Source: Ornithinimicrobium sp.
Lineage (GTDB): Bacteria > Actinomycetota > Actinomycetes > Actinomycetales > Dermatophilaceae
Reading direction: 5' to 3'
NCBI RefSeq assembly: GCF_030537745.1
Contig: NZ_JAUNVI010000007.1
Coordinates: 10,267-74,266, forward strand
Length of the DNA: 64,000 nt
The position numbers and the translations under genes are program-made. Positions within the stretch are counted from its first letter, which is position 1, and each line of letters begins with the position of its first letter. Positions 20,984-31,215 of the stretch are shown here, piece by piece. The notes under the pieces were generated by a model, which was given only the letters and a program-made list of their open reading frames with translations, had not been told where the DNA came from and made no database searches.

Positions 20984-21898
20984 ATGATGGCGACGCACGC
21001 TGGTCCGATCGTGGTGGGGGCCGATGGCGGCCTCACCGACAGTTCCGCGGTCCGCTGGGCCGCTGTGCTTGCCCAACGCACCGGTCTGCCCCTGATCGTG
21101 GTCCACGCGAGCGAGCCAGAAGCGCTCGCTGCCCGGGCAGCAGTGGCTGGCGCCACCGACATCACCCTCTTGCTGGAGGCGGAGGAAGAAGGCAACCAGC
21201 AGTTGTCCGAGCAGGTCGACGCGATGGGTAACAACCTGGGCATCGACGTCACCTATGTCACCAGGCGAGGGTCTGCGGGCAAGGCGCTCCTGGAGTATCA
21301 GCACGAAGCCTCCGTCATCGTCGTCGGCACCGGACGCAAGGGCTTGATCTCCGAATTCGTCCTGGGGACGACCTCGCTCGCGGTCGCTGCGCATGCCCAC
21401 TGCCCCGTCGCGGTGATCAACCCGGAGGTCAAGGTCGAGGCCCTGACCCACCACCGCATCGGGGTGGGGATCGACGGCAGCCGTGACAGTCAGGCGGCGG
21501 CCACGGCCGCCCTGCAGTTCGCCGAGACCGTCGACGCCGGCGTCGTCGCGGTCAGCACGTGGTACATCGAAACTGTCGACGGCTATCTGGTCACCGAGCC
21601 GGACAGCCCCGAGTGGCATCAGCTCCAGGAGAGCAAGCGCTCGACCCTGGAGCGTGCGCTCGCGCCTGCTCGAGAGGCCCACCCGCAGGTTCCGGTAGAG
21701 CTTGAGGTCCGCCGCGGGCCGGTGATCGGCACGCTGCTAGAGATGTCCAAGGACTGGGACCTAGTGGTCGTGGGCAGTCGGGGGCTCGGTGGGATTCAGG
21801 GCCGTCTGCTCGGCTCGGTCAGCCAGCGGCTGATGCGGGCCGCGAGCGTGCCCGTCCTGGTCTGCACGTTGCCGAAAGATGTCGCCGTCGACGCCTAG
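20984..21898 (+). CDS. universal stress protein with two USP domains
   Basis: IVVGADG and IGVGIDGS; VVGTGRKG...LGTTS and VVGSRGLG...LLGSVS. Confidence 0.92.
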   Translation: MMATHAGPIVVGADGGLTDSSAVRWAAVLAQRTGLPLIVVHASEPEALAARAAVAGATDITLLLEAEEEGNQQLSEQVDAMGNNLGIDVTYVTRRGSAGKALLEYQHEASVIVVGTGRKGLISEFVLGTTSLAVAAHAHCPVAVINPEVKVEALTHHRIGVGIDGSRDSQAAATAALQFAETVDAGVVAVSTWYIETVDGYLVTEPDSPEWHQLQESKRSTLERALAPAREAHPQVPVELEVRRGPVIGTLLEMSKDWDLVVVGSRGLGGIQGRLLGSVSQRLMRAASVPVLVCTLPKDVAVDA

Positions 21899-21916
21899 CG
21901 GCAGGGTCACCGATCC

Positions 21917-23506
21917 TTAGTCGCGGTCGGCGAGCGCCTCGGCCGCCTGCTCGGCGATCTTCAGGCCGGCGCCTTCGTAAAGGTGGATGATGACGTCGGC
22001 CCCCATCTGCTGGTACTCCCGCGCGTCGTCGTCGTACTGCGCCACGACGGCGACCACACCCACGTAGTTGCTTTTGCTGAGCTCGGCGAGCGCCAACCGG
22101 TTGGCGCCATGGAAGGGCATGGCCAGGACGACGATATCGACCTGTCCCGTCGACTCCAGACGTGCCCAGAAGTCATCGTCCGCGGCGTCCGCCTCGACGA
22201 TGTCCATCCCTTCTGCGCGCAGGTCCGCGACCCGAGAGGGCAGGTTCTCCACGCCGAGCACCGGGAGCCCGTAGACCCCTGACAGCTCGACGTAGGCGGC
22301 CTTGCCGATCCGTCCCATCCCCATGACGATGGCTCGTGCCGTGCCGAAAGAAAACGGCTTCTCGTGCTCGTGGACGTCGTCCGACGGATGCATCCGCATC
22401 CTGCGTCGCGCCCACGCCAGGATCGCGTCGGAGTTGATGTTGACGACGGCGGCGACGACGAAGCTGCCGGCGACCGCGACCGACATCACTACGAGCCAGT
22501 CTTCCTCGAGCAGCGACGCCGAGACGGCGACGGCTGCGACGATGAGACCGAACTCAGAGAAGTTGCCGAGGATCAGGCCGGCCTTGACCGAGGTCCGCCG
22601 TCGCAGCTTGTGGCGGTCCAGCAGCCAGATGTAGATGATGACCTGCACCGGCAGGAGCAGCAGCAACGTCAGGCCGAGCATGACGGCATCCAGAGTCGGC
22701 CATCCTCCGAAGCCGATCGAGATGAAGAAGCCGACGAGCAGCAGATCCTTGAGCAGGAACAACTGGTGGCTCAGCTCACTGGCAGCCTTGTCGCCGGCGA
22801 GGATCATGCCCATGACGAGTGCGCCCAGGTCGCCCTCCAGCCCAACTGCCTCGAACGCCGCATACCCGGGTCCGAGCGCGAGAGCCAGGCCGAAGAGGCC
22901 CTGCATCTCTCCGTGGGGGACGTGGTCCCACAGTCGTCGGCTCACCCAGCCGAGCGGTGCCAGCGCCGCCAGCAGCGGGACCGCCCAGAGGCTGGGCACT
23001 TGTCCGCCAGCCGCGCTCATGAAGATGACGGCGGCGAGGTCCTGCATGACCAGGATGCCAATGGCGGTCCGGCCGTAGAAGGACTGCAGCTCGGCGTGCT
23101 CCTCGAGCACCTTGATCACGAACACCGTTGAGGAGAACGACAGCGCGAAGCCGATCAGAGCCAGAGAGCCAAGCCCGAGCCCCGCGACGAGGGGGTAGCC
23201 GATCAGCGCGAGCACCCACAGGAAACCGGTCCCGACGGCGACGGACAGCGCGAGGTGGCCGGCGGTGGTGACCCAGACTTCGCGCGCGAGCAGGCTGCGG
23301 ACGTCCAGCTTCAGTCCGATGCCGAAGAGCAGGAGCGCGACACCGAGGTCGGCGATGGAGTCGAGGAAGGGGAGCTCTTGGACCCCGAACCCGTTGAGCA
23401 CGAAACCGATGGCGAGGAAGCCGAGCAGTGCCGGCAGCCGCATCAGGGACATGACAAGGCCGGCCGCGAAGGTGGCCGCGAGGAAGAAGGCCACGTCGCT
23501 CATCAT
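21917..23506 (-). CDS. CPA2 cation:proton antiporter with C-terminal TrkA_N domain (KefC-like)
   Basis: LLLFGIGLKL, SFSSTV, GILVMQD, GMGRIG nucleotide-binding motif. Confidence 0.88.
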   Translation of the reverse strand: MMSDVAFFLAATFAAGLVMSLMRLPALLGFLAIGFVLNGFGVQELPFLDSIADLGVALLLFGIGLKLDVRSLLAREVWVTTAGHLALSVAVGTGFLWVLALIGYPLVAGLGLGSLALIGFALSFSSTVFVIKVLEEHAELQSFYGRTAIGILVMQDLAAVIFMSAAGGQVPSLWAVPLLAALAPLGWVSRRLWDHVPHGEMQGLFGLALALGPGYAAFEAVGLEGDLGALVMGMILAGDKAASELSHQLFLLKDLLLVGFFISIGFGGWPTLDAVMLGLTLLLLLPVQVIIYIWLLDRHKLRRRTSVKAGLILGNFSEFGLIVAAVAVSASLLEEDWLVVMSVAVAGSFVVAAVVNINSDAILAWARRRMRMHPSDDVHEHEKPFSFGTARAIVMGMGRIGKAAYVELSGVYGLPVLGVENLPSRVADLRAEGMDIVEADAADDDFWARLESTGQVDIVVLAMPFHGANRLALAELSKSNYVGVVAVVAQYDDDAREYQQMGADVIIHLYEGAGLKIAEQAAEALADRD

Positions 23507-23570
23507 CGGAAGGGGTCTCCTCTCGATCGCGGCGTAGGTGCTGGTGGGTTGATCCTCCCACCTCCGCGCC

Positions 23571-24275
23571 TCAGTCGGACCGGGCGATCCTGGCGAATCT
23601 GCGGATCAATGATTCCCAGCTGCGGTGCAGCTCGTGCCGCCGGTGCTCAAGCTCGGCGATGACCTTGGCTTCATGCTCGGGATCAGGACCTGGTTGCCAA
23701 CGGGCGACGATGTCTGCATCGACCTCGGGGTGGAACTGCACACCCCAGGCCCGAGGGCCGAAGCGCGCGGCCTGGACGGTCCCGTCCGGGGATTGCGCCA
23801 GGCGTACCGCCCGCGGTGGCAGGGTGGTTACGACGTCGTTGTTCCAGTGCAGCACGGTGGCGTGACGGGGGAGCGCGGACAGAAGGGTGTCGCTCCGTGC
23901 GGCCTGGTCCGGACCGAAAGGGGCCAGTGCTTGGAACGGGCCGTGGCTGTTGCGTTCCACCTGCCCACCGAGGGCGACCGCAGCCAGCTGGTGGCCTAGG
24001 CACACCCCCAGGAACGGCCAGCCCCCAGCGACCGTGATCGCGATCAGTGCCTTGGTCGGGACCAGCCAACGGTGCTGAGCGTCGTCGTTGGCACCCATGC
24101 TGCCACCGAGCACGATCAGGGCGATGTGGTCGCCGAGTGAGGCGGGCAGGGCCCGTCCACGGTGGGCCTGGAGCACGTCGCAATCGATCCCGGCACGATG
24201 CAGCCAAGGCTCGATCATTCCGACCGGGCAGTCGTCCTCGTGCTGGACCACGAGCACGCGCGGTCGGGTTGGCAT
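23571..24275 (-). CDS. class I glutamine amidotransferase (GuaA-like domain)
   Basis: VLVVQH, LGGSMG, GVCLGHQ, VQFHPE triad. Confidence 0.9.
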   Translation of the reverse strand: MPTRPRVLVVQHEDDCPVGMIEPWLHRAGIDCDVLQAHRGRALPASLGDHIALIVLGGSMGANDDAQHRWLVPTKALIAITVAGGWPFLGVCLGHQLAAVALGGQVERNSHGPFQALAPFGPDQAARSDTLLSALPRHATVLHWNNDVVTTLPPRAVRLAQSPDGTVQAARFGPRAWGVQFHPEVDADIVARWQPGPDPEHEAKVIAELEHRRHELHRSWESLIRRFARIARSD

Positions 24276-24331
24276 AGGGGCAGAGTACCCAGGACCACGC
24301 CCGGCGCACCTGTCGGGAGGTCCGAGGACCC

Positions 24332-25507
24332 TCAGCCCGTCGCGTCGGTGACTCCCTTGGCGCCGAGTGCGGCGTCGTCGCTGCCCGACTGGACCAGTGT
24401 CTGGTCGGTGACGTCCTGGGCGACGACCTCGCGCGGCTTCAGCTCGCCGCTGGCAATCTGCTCTGCCCAGTGGCAGGCGACCCGATGCGTGGCTGGAGTG
24501 CCCTCGACCTGGAGGAGTCGCAGCTCGGGGCGCTCGGTGTCGCAGCGCGTCTCCTGCCGCCATGGGCAGCGGGTGTGGAAACGGCACCCGGACGGCGGGT
24601 TGGCGGGGGAGGGCAGGTCTCCGGGCAGCAGGATCTGCTCCCGCGTGTCCTCGATGATGGGGTCAGGGACGGGCACTGCCGACAGCAGTGCTCGCGTGTA
24701 AGGGTGCAACGGCTGCGCGTAGAGGTCGTCGGCGGCGGCCTCCTCGACGAGGGCGCCGAGATACATGACCCCAATCCGGTCGCTGATGTGGCGCACGACG
24801 GCGAGGTCGTGCGCAATGACCAAGTATGTGAGCCCGAACTCGTTCTGCAGGTCCTCAAGCAGGTTGATGACCTGTGCCTGAACCGAGACGTCGAGGGCGC
24901 TGACCGGCTCGTCGGCGACGATCAGCTGCGGATCGACGGAGAGGGCGCGCGCGATCCCTACGCGCTGTCGCTGACCGCCGGAGAACTCGTGCGGATACTT
25001 GGTCAACGCGTTCTTGGGCAGGCCGACAGCGTGGAGAAGCTCCACCAGTCGGGTGTGGGCGGCCTTGGCGTCCTTGGCGAGCCCGTGCGCCCGCATCCCC
25101 TCCAGGAGGAGCTGCTCGACGGTCTGGCGGGGGTCGAGGCTGCCGAGGGGGTCCTGGAAGACCATCTGCATGTGGCGGCGCTGGGTGCGCAGCTTCTCAC
25201 CCTTGAGGGAGGCCAGGTCGAGGCCGCCAAAATGCACCTCGCCCTCGGTGACGTCCTCGAGCTGGAGCAGGGCGCGACCAAAAGTCGACTTGCCGCAGCC
25301 GGACTCGCCGACCAGGCCATAGGTCTCTCCCCGGTTGATCTGCAAGCTCATGCCGTCCACGGCATAGACATAGCCGACCGTCCGGTCGAAAATCACGCCC
25401 TTCTTGATCGGGAAGTGCACCTTCAGGTCCACGACGTCGACGAGGACCTCGCTCTCGCGCTGGCCGGGCGGCTCTGCGGCGGGGGTCGGCTGAGTGACGG
25501 TACTCAT
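24332..25507 (-). CDS. dipeptide/oligopeptide ABC ATP-binding protein (DppF/OppF-like)
   Basis: [30 protein letters not shown]-terminal CRFHTRC...C...C. Confidence 0.94.
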   Translation of the reverse strand: MSTVTQPTPAAEPPGQRESEVLVDVVDLKVHFPIKKGVIFDRTVGYVYAVDGMSLQINRGETYGLVGESGCGKSTFGRALLQLEDVTEGEVHFGGLDLASLKGEKLRTQRRHMQMVFQDPLGSLDPRQTVEQLLLEGMRAHGLAKDAKAAHTRLVELLHAVGLPKNALTKYPHEFSGGQRQRVGIARALSVDPQLIVADEPVSALDVSVQAQVINLLEDLQNEFGLTYLVIAHDLAVVRHISDRIGVMYLGALVEEAAADDLYAQPLHPYTRALLSAVPVPDPIIEDTREQILLPGDLPSPANPPSGCRFHTRCPWRQETRCDTERPELRLLQVEGTPATHRVACHWAEQIASGELKPREVVAQDVTDQTLVQSGSDDAALGAKGVTDATG

Positions 25508-25510
25508 ACC

Positions 25511-26644
25511 TCAGGCCTCCTCGGTGGTGTCAATATGGCTGTCGTCTCGGTTGCGGCCGCTGCTGTCGTTGAGCGGGTTGGACTCCAGCGGGTGGTGGCA
25601 GCGCAGCAAGCGGTCTGGGCCGAGCTCGAGACGGTCGGTGACCAGCTCCGGAGGCTGCTCGAAGCACACGTCGGTGGCCGAGGCGCAGCGTGGCGCGAAG
25701 GCGCACCCCTGCGCCCAGTCGATGTTGTCGGCGACCGAGCCGGGCACCGGCGTGAGGCGCCGGCCGCGTTCCTCGGTCAGCCTCGGGATGGAGGACAGCA
25801 GCCCGCCGGTGTAGGGGTGTCGCGGGGTGGCGAAGAGGTCGTGCCGCTGCGCGCGCTCGACGACCTTCCCGGCATACAGCACGTTCACCTCGTCACACAG
25901 CCCGGCGATCACGCCGAGATCATGGGTGATCATGACCAACGCGGTGCCCGAGTCCTGGACGAGCTCGCGCAGCAATGCCAGGATCTGGGCCTGGATGGTC
26001 ACGTCCAGCGCGGTCGTCGGCTCGTCGGCGATGAGCAGCCTCGGCTCGCAGGCCAGCGCCATCGCGATCAACGCGCGCTGCCGCATCCCGCCGGAGAGCT
26101 GGTGGGCATACTCGCGCAGCCGACGTTGTGGGTCGGGGATGCCGACCTTGTTGAGCAACTCGACCGACCTCTCCATGGCTGGTCCACGCTTCATTCCCTT
26201 GTGCCGTTCGAGCACCTCTGCCACCTGGATGCCTAGCGGCACCACGGGGTTGAGGGAGGACAGCGGGTCCTGGAAGATCATCGCGACATCGCTGCCGCGG
26301 CGGTCCCGCATCTGGGTGTCGCTGAGCGTGAGCAGATCCTGGCCGTCGAAGGTCACGCTTCCGGTCACGGTGTTGCCGCGGGAGGGCAGCAGCCGCATGA
26401 TCGCCAGCGAGGTGACCGACTTGCCGCAGCCGGACTCGCCGACCAGGCCGACCGTCTGACCGGGGGCCACGTCGAAGTTGACGTGGTCGACGGCGGTGAA
26501 AGCCTTGTCGCCCCGCCCGAAGGTGACGGTGAGATCCTGGACGGACAGCAGGGGGGCGGTGCGCCCGACAGTGGCAGTCCCGCTCGTGCTGCGCTGGCCG
26601 GTCGAGTCCTGCGGGTATGACGTGGTGCTGGGTTGCTCGGTCAT
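25511..26644 (-). CDS. dipeptide/oligopeptide ABC ATP-binding protein (DppD/OppD-like)
   Basis: [31 protein letters not shown]. Confidence 0.94.
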   Translation of the reverse strand: MTEQPSTTSYPQDSTGQRSTSGTATVGRTAPLLSVQDLTVTFGRGDKAFTAVDHVNFDVAPGQTVGLVGESGCGKSVTSLAIMRLLPSRGNTVTGSVTFDGQDLLTLSDTQMRDRRGSDVAMIFQDPLSSLNPVVPLGIQVAEVLERHKGMKRGPAMERSVELLNKVGIPDPQRRLREYAHQLSGGMRQRALIAMALACEPRLLIADEPTTALDVTIQAQILALLRELVQDSGTALVMITHDLGVIAGLCDEVNVLYAGKVVERAQRHDLFATPRHPYTGGLLSSIPRLTEERGRRLTPVPGSVADNIDWAQGCAFAPRCASATDVCFEQPPELVTDRLELGPDRLLRCHHPLESNPLNDSSGRNRDDSHIDTTEEA

Positions 26645-26654
26645 CCTTGCCTCC

Positions 26655-27641
26655 TCAGCGACGTGACTTGGGATCGAGGGCCTCGCGCAGCGACTCGCCC
26701 ATCAAGGTGAAGCCGAGCGCGACGATGATGATGCAGATCGCGGGGTACACCGCGACTTCGGGATGGGTGTTGAAGTAGACCTGAGCGCGTCCCAGCATCT
26801 GGCCCCATTCGGGCAGGGTGTCGTCGGGGTTGCCCAACCCGAGGAAGGACAGCGCTGCAGCGTCGATGATCGCGACCGCCAGGACGAGCGTGGCCTGGAC
26901 GATGACTGGCCCCAGGGAGTTGGGCAGCATGTGCCGGAAGACGATGGCTGGTCGGCGGACGCCGAGCGCCCGCGCGGCGAGCACATGGTCGCTGTGGCGT
27001 TGGGCCATCATCGACCCGCGCAGCAGCCGGGCGAAGATCGGGATCTGGATGATGCCGATAGCGGCGATCACCGTCCACTGGCTCGGCTTGGAAAACATCG
27101 CGGCGATCGAGAAGGCCATCAGCAGCGACGGGATCGAGAGCAGGACGTCCACGATGCGCATGACACCGGCGTCCACCCAACCGCCGATACCGCCGGCCAG
27201 AGTCCCGAGGAAGAGGCCACCGCTCAGGCCCAGCAAGGTCGCGACCACACCGACGATGAGCGTCTGCCGGGAGCCGGCGATGAGGCGCGACAACATGTCG
27301 CGTCCAGCGTCGTCGGCGCCCAGGGGAAAGCCGGGCTGCGGTCCCGGGATCGGGTTGCTGGGGCTGCGCTGGTCGATGAGGAGGCGCGCAGCCGGGTCGT
27401 GCGGCGTGATCCACTGGGAGGTGAGCGCCACCACGACGAAAACGGCCACGATGGCGAGGCCGATCAGAAACACAGGGTCGCGGCGCAACCGTTGCCAGGC
27501 GCTGCGCCAGAGGCTGATGCCCTCCTCGGAGGACAGGGATCCAGCCTGCGCGAGCTCGTCGATCCGGCGCTTCTTGCGGTCGCCCAGGGCGCCCACCGTG
27601 GCCAGTGATCCCTGCGATGGACCGGAGGTCGGTTGCGACAT
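26655..27641 (-). CDS. dipeptide/oligopeptide ABC permease (DppC/OppC-like)
   Basis: PLGADDAGRD, ARLLRG, HMLPN, LSFLGLG; GAGGAG RBS before ATG 27641. Confidence 0.93.
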   Translation of the reverse strand: MSQPTSGPSQGSLATVGALGDRKKRRIDELAQAGSLSSEEGISLWRSAWQRLRRDPVFLIGLAIVAVFVVVALTSQWITPHDPAARLLIDQRSPSNPIPGPQPGFPLGADDAGRDMLSRLIAGSRQTLIVGVVATLLGLSGGLFLGTLAGGIGGWVDAGVMRIVDVLLSIPSLLMAFSIAAMFSKPSQWTVIAAIGIIQIPIFARLLRGSMMAQRHSDHVLAARALGVRRPAIVFRHMLPNSLGPVIVQATLVLAVAIIDAAALSFLGLGNPDDTLPEWGQMLGRAQVYFNTHPEVAVYPAICIIIVALGFTLMGESLREALDPKSRR

Positions 27642-27651
27642 AGGTGACTCC

Positions 27652-28659
27652 TCAGGTCCGGACACGGGGGTCGATGACGGCGTAGGCGATGTCGACCAAT
27701 AGGTTGACGAAGATGTAGATGAGCGCGGCCATCATGATCAGCACCTGGAGGACCGGGTAGTCGCGCAGGGTGAACCCGATGGCGAGGGCCTCACCGATGC
27801 CCTGGAAGGCGAAGACCTTCTCGGTCAGGATGGCGCCTGCGAGCAGGGCTCCTGTCTGCAGGCCGATGATCGTCACGACCGGGATGAGAGCGTTGCGCAT
27901 GATGTGCCGGGTGCGCACCACTCGGGTGGTGAGCCCCTTGGAGCGGGCGGTCCGCACGTAATCTTCGTCGAGGACCTCTATGACGGCTGCGCGGGTGATC
28001 CGGAAGATGATCGCGAACGGGATCGACGACAGCGCGAGCGCCGGCAGGATGAGGTGCTTGAAGGCGTCCCACGCAGCATCCCACTCCCTGGTGATGATGC
28101 CGTCCACAACGTAGAACCCGGTGATATGGGTCGCGTCGATCCCGACGCTCGACCGTCCTGACGGCGGCAGAATGTGGTATTTCACCGCGAAGTAGTACTT
28201 CAGGACGTAGGCCAGGAAGAAGACCGGGACGGCAACTCCGACCAGGGAGAAGATCACGCTGCCGGTGTCCAAGAATCCTCCGGCGCGACGCGCTGCGACA
28301 TATCCCAGAGGGACCGCGACGAAGACTGCCAGCATGAGGGCCAGCGCGCTCAGCTCCAGCGTCGCCGGAAAACGCTCCAGGAAAACGGAGAAGGCGTCGT
28401 GGCCGCGGTAGACGCCGTTGGAGACGCCAAAGTCGCCGGTCGCCGCGCGCTTGAGGAACTTCCAGTACTGGACATAGAGCGGCTGATCCAGTCCCATCGC
28501 CTTGGCCAGTCGGGCCGCAGACTCAGGGGTCGCGCGTTCGCCCAGGAGGGCGCCGATGGCGCCGCCGGGAAGCGAGCGCAACCACGCAAACAGCAGCAGG
28601 CTGAGCACAAAAAGTGCCAGCACCGCCTGGAAGAGGCGGCGGACGATGAATCTCAGCAC
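27652..28659 (-). CDS. dipeptide/oligopeptide ABC permease (DppB/OppB-like)
   Basis: GLDQPLYVQY, FPATLEL, HLILPA, DYVRTARSKGL, RDYPVLQ. Confidence 0.93.
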   Translation of the reverse strand: MLRFIVRRLFQAVLALFVLSLLLFAWLRSLPGGAIGALLGERATPESAARLAKAMGLDQPLYVQYWKFLKRAATGDFGVSNGVYRGHDAFSVFLERFPATLELSALALMLAVFVAVPLGYVAARRAGGFLDTGSVIFSLVGVAVPVFFLAYVLKYYFAVKYHILPPSGRSSVGIDATHITGFYVVDGIITREWDAAWDAFKHLILPALALSSIPFAIIFRITRAAVIEVLDEDYVRTARSKGLTTRVVRTRHIMRNALIPVVTIIGLQTGALLAGAILTEKVFAFQGIGEALAIGFTLRDYPVLQVLIMMAALIYIFVNLLVDIAYAVIDPRVRT

Positions 28660-28756
28660 TGAGTCCTCCGGTGGGCGAGCAAGGGAATCTGGCGTGATTC
28701 CCGGACGGCTGGTGACAGGGTATGTCGTCGGCGCGGGGGATGGATGACACCGCGCT

Positions 28757-28802
28757 CATGAGTCGGCGGGCCGGACCGCTCGGTCCGACCCGCCGACTCA
28801 TG
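28757..28802 (-). terminator. long stem-loop after the peptide-binding protein gene
   Basis: CATGAGTCGGCGGG-C-CGGACCG-CT-CGGTCCG-A-CCCGCCGACTCATG; the single mismatch is a G-U pair on the transcribed strand. Confidence 0.7.
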
Positions 28803-28854
28803 GTGCGTGCTGGCCTGCAGGGTCAAGTGACCCGACCGTCCAGCACGCCATCAA

Positions 28855-30561
28855 TCACTCCGTGAGCGTGATGGTCGAGAAGTCCTCGGCCGTCAGCGGG
28901 CTGGGGACCAGCCCCTTCACGTTGCCGCCGACCACGATGGCGGGCGGGCTGTGTGACAGCGGCAGACCGGGCAGCCACTCCTCGCTCATGATCTTGGCGT
29001 TGAGGTCCTCGTACAGCGCGATGCGCTTGGCCTCGTCCGGCTCGGCGTCCGCAGCCGTGATCGCCTTCTGCATCTCGTCGTTCCAGTCGTAGGCGACGGT
29101 GCCGAACTGGTTGGTGTCGCCGCAGAAGAAGGCGCAGAGGAAGTTGTCCGCCGAGTTGAGGTCACCGGTCCAACCCAGGAAGTAGGCAGGAGCCTTGGAC
29201 GTGGTGGCGTCGGCGATGTAGCCGCCGTTCCACGGCTTGGTGATCGCGTTGACCGTGATGCCGGCCGCTTCCCAGTCCGCCTTCACCGCGTCGAAGATGC
29301 GCTGCGGGTCCGGCATGTAGGGGCGAGTGACTTCGGTCGGGTACCAGAGGTCGATCTTCAGGTCGGACTTGCCGGCCTCCTCCAGCAGCGCCTTCGTCTT
29401 CTCGACGTCGTAGTCGTAGGCAGCGATGTCGGCGTTCCAGCCGCTCACGGTGTCCGGCATGAACTGCGTCGCCACCGACGCACCCTTGGGCAGCTGGGTC
29501 TTGACCAACTGGTCGCGGTTGATGGCGTGGTAGAGGGCCGCGCGGACGAGCGGGTCCTCGAGCTGGGGGTCGGCGACCGGGTTCAACGCCAGGTAGAGGA
29601 TGTTGAACGGATCGCGGATCAGCACCTGCTGACCGGCGTCGGTGAGAGCCTGCCAGTCGATCGGGTTGGGCAGGTCATAGCCGTTGATGGTGCCTGCCTC
29701 CAGCTCCTGACGGCGGGCGTTCTCGTCCGGGATGATCTTGAAGACCAGGGTGGCAACGCCAGCCTTGTCACCCCAGAAGTCGTCGTTGCGGTTCAACGTC
29801 ACGGTGCCGCCAGCGTTGTCATAGGAATCGAAGACGAACGGGCCGGTGCCGGTCGGGTGCTCGCTGGCGTACTCGGGGTAGACGAACGCCTCGCCGTCGA
29901 GCTTGATGTCGTTGGCCTTGTACTTATCCATCGCGGTCGGCGACTGGATGCCGTAGGAAGCCTGGGACAGCACCATCGGGAACTTACCCGTGGTGCGCGT
30001 GACCTTGACCTGGGCGTTCAGCGCTTCGGTCGCGGTGCACGACTCGAAGAGCGTGTCGTCGCCGAAGCCGAAGTCGTTGCCGTAGTAGTACGCCGCTGCC
30101 TCGCTCTGGCCAGCCTCGTTCTGGTCGGCCCAACGGTCGAAGTTGGCGCAGACCGCCTCCGCGTCGAGGTCGGTCCCATCGTGGAACTTGACACCCTCCT
30201 GGAGCTTGAAGTCCCAGGTCAGGCCGTCCTCGCTCGGGGTCCACTCGGTGGCGAGCTCTGGGACGGCCTCCGTGCCGCCCGCCTCGATCCCGATCAGGTT
30301 CTGGAAGACCTGGCGGCTGATGCGGAAGGTTTCACCATCGCTGGCGTAGAAGGGGTCGAAGGTCGCGGGAGCACCTGCCGCGCCGAAGACGAAGGTGGCA
30401 TCGCTGGCGCCGTCACCAGCGGCGCCCGCGTCTTGGGATCCGGTGGCCTTGTCGCCACTGTCGCCGTCGCTGGGAGTCTCACGGTCCGATTGAGCACAGG
30501 ACGTGAGGAGCAGGGCCAGCGCGGCGGTACTCGCCAACGCTGCGACCGAGCGGTTCTTCAT
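28855..30561 (-). CDS. peptide ABC substrate-binding lipoprotein (family 5, DppA-like)
   Basis: Lipobox LLTSC, TFDP, LATEW, GVKFHDGT, PTGTGPF; GGAGG RBS. Confidence 0.93.
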   Translation of the reverse strand: MKNRSVAALASTAALALLLTSCAQSDRETPSDGDSGDKATGSQDAGAAGDGASDATFVFGAAGAPATFDPFYASDGETFRISRQVFQNLIGIEAGGTEAVPELATEWTPSEDGLTWDFKLQEGVKFHDGTDLDAEAVCANFDRWADQNEAGQSEAAAYYYGNDFGFGDDTLFESCTATEALNAQVKVTRTTGKFPMVLSQASYGIQSPTAMDKYKANDIKLDGEAFVYPEYASEHPTGTGPFVFDSYDNAGGTVTLNRNDDFWGDKAGVATLVFKIIPDENARRQELEAGTINGYDLPNPIDWQALTDAGQQVLIRDPFNILYLALNPVADPQLEDPLVRAALYHAINRDQLVKTQLPKGASVATQFMPDTVSGWNADIAAYDYDVEKTKALLEEAGKSDLKIDLWYPTEVTRPYMPDPQRIFDAVKADWEAAGITVNAITKPWNGGYIADATTSKAPAYFLGWTGDLNSADNFLCAFFCGDTNQFGTVAYDWNDEMQKAITAADAEPDEAKRIALYEDLNAKIMSEEWLPGLPLSHSPPAIVVGGNVKGLVPSPLTAEDFSTITLTE

Positions 30562-30742
30562 CGTGCCTCCTACTAGGGTCTTCCGGACACGACAGTGACC
30601 GGTTCTTGCCGACCTCACCACATCAGTGGGTCCTTTGGGAAGGATGTGCGGCCATTCGTAACGTGACCGTGACCTGTGTCGGGCCCTTGCCTCTTGCTCT
30701 GATCATTGGCTTCACCACTACCCGACGGGATTAGATGAGGGT

Positions 30743-31168
30743 ATGGAGAGCACGTCGCGCGTCATCGTCGCGGCCGTCGCGATCGTCGACGACCTGGACC
30801 GGCCGAGCCGGTTCCTCGCCGCACGTCGCACCGAGCCGCCGGCGCTCGCCGGCTGCTGGGAATTTCCCGGCGGCAAGGCAGAGGTGGGGGAGACCTCCAG
30901 GGAGGCCGCCGTGCGCGAGGTCCGCGAGGAGCTAGGTATGTCGGTGCGACTGGGTGCTCGAATCGGTGGGGACTGGCCGCTCGGCGACACCCATACCCTC
31001 CATCTCTACTGGGCGGTGGCGTTGCCGGGGGAGCCAGCGCCACGGCCCCTGGAGGACCATGACGACCTGCGGTGGCTGACCGGCTCAGACGTCGACGACA
31101 TCCCCTGGTTGGCCAACGACCTCCCGATGGTCGCCCACCTCGCCAGGCTGCTCCATACCCCTGGATGA
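30743..31168 (+). CDS. NUDIX hydrolase, MutT-like
   Basis: Nudix box GGKAEVGETSREAAVREVREELG. Confidence 0.9.
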   Translation: MESTSRVIVAAVAIVDDLDRPSRFLAARRTEPPALAGCWEFPGGKAEVGETSREAAVREVREELGMSVRLGARIGGDWPLGDTHTLHLYWAVALPGEPAPRPLEDHDDLRWLTGSDVDDIPWLANDLPMVAHLARLLHTPG

Positions 31169-31215
31169 GCCGTCCGTGCACGGAGCAGCCTGGAAATGCT
31201 GCGAGAATATGACCT

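Noticed and set aside
24470-26236. 588-aa + strand ORF, and similar long ORFs at 5032-6306, 8948-10153, 19847-20932, 29527-30576 and 31006-32025
   Set aside because: Antisense shadows of well-supported genes, expected at high GC; no recognisable motifs.
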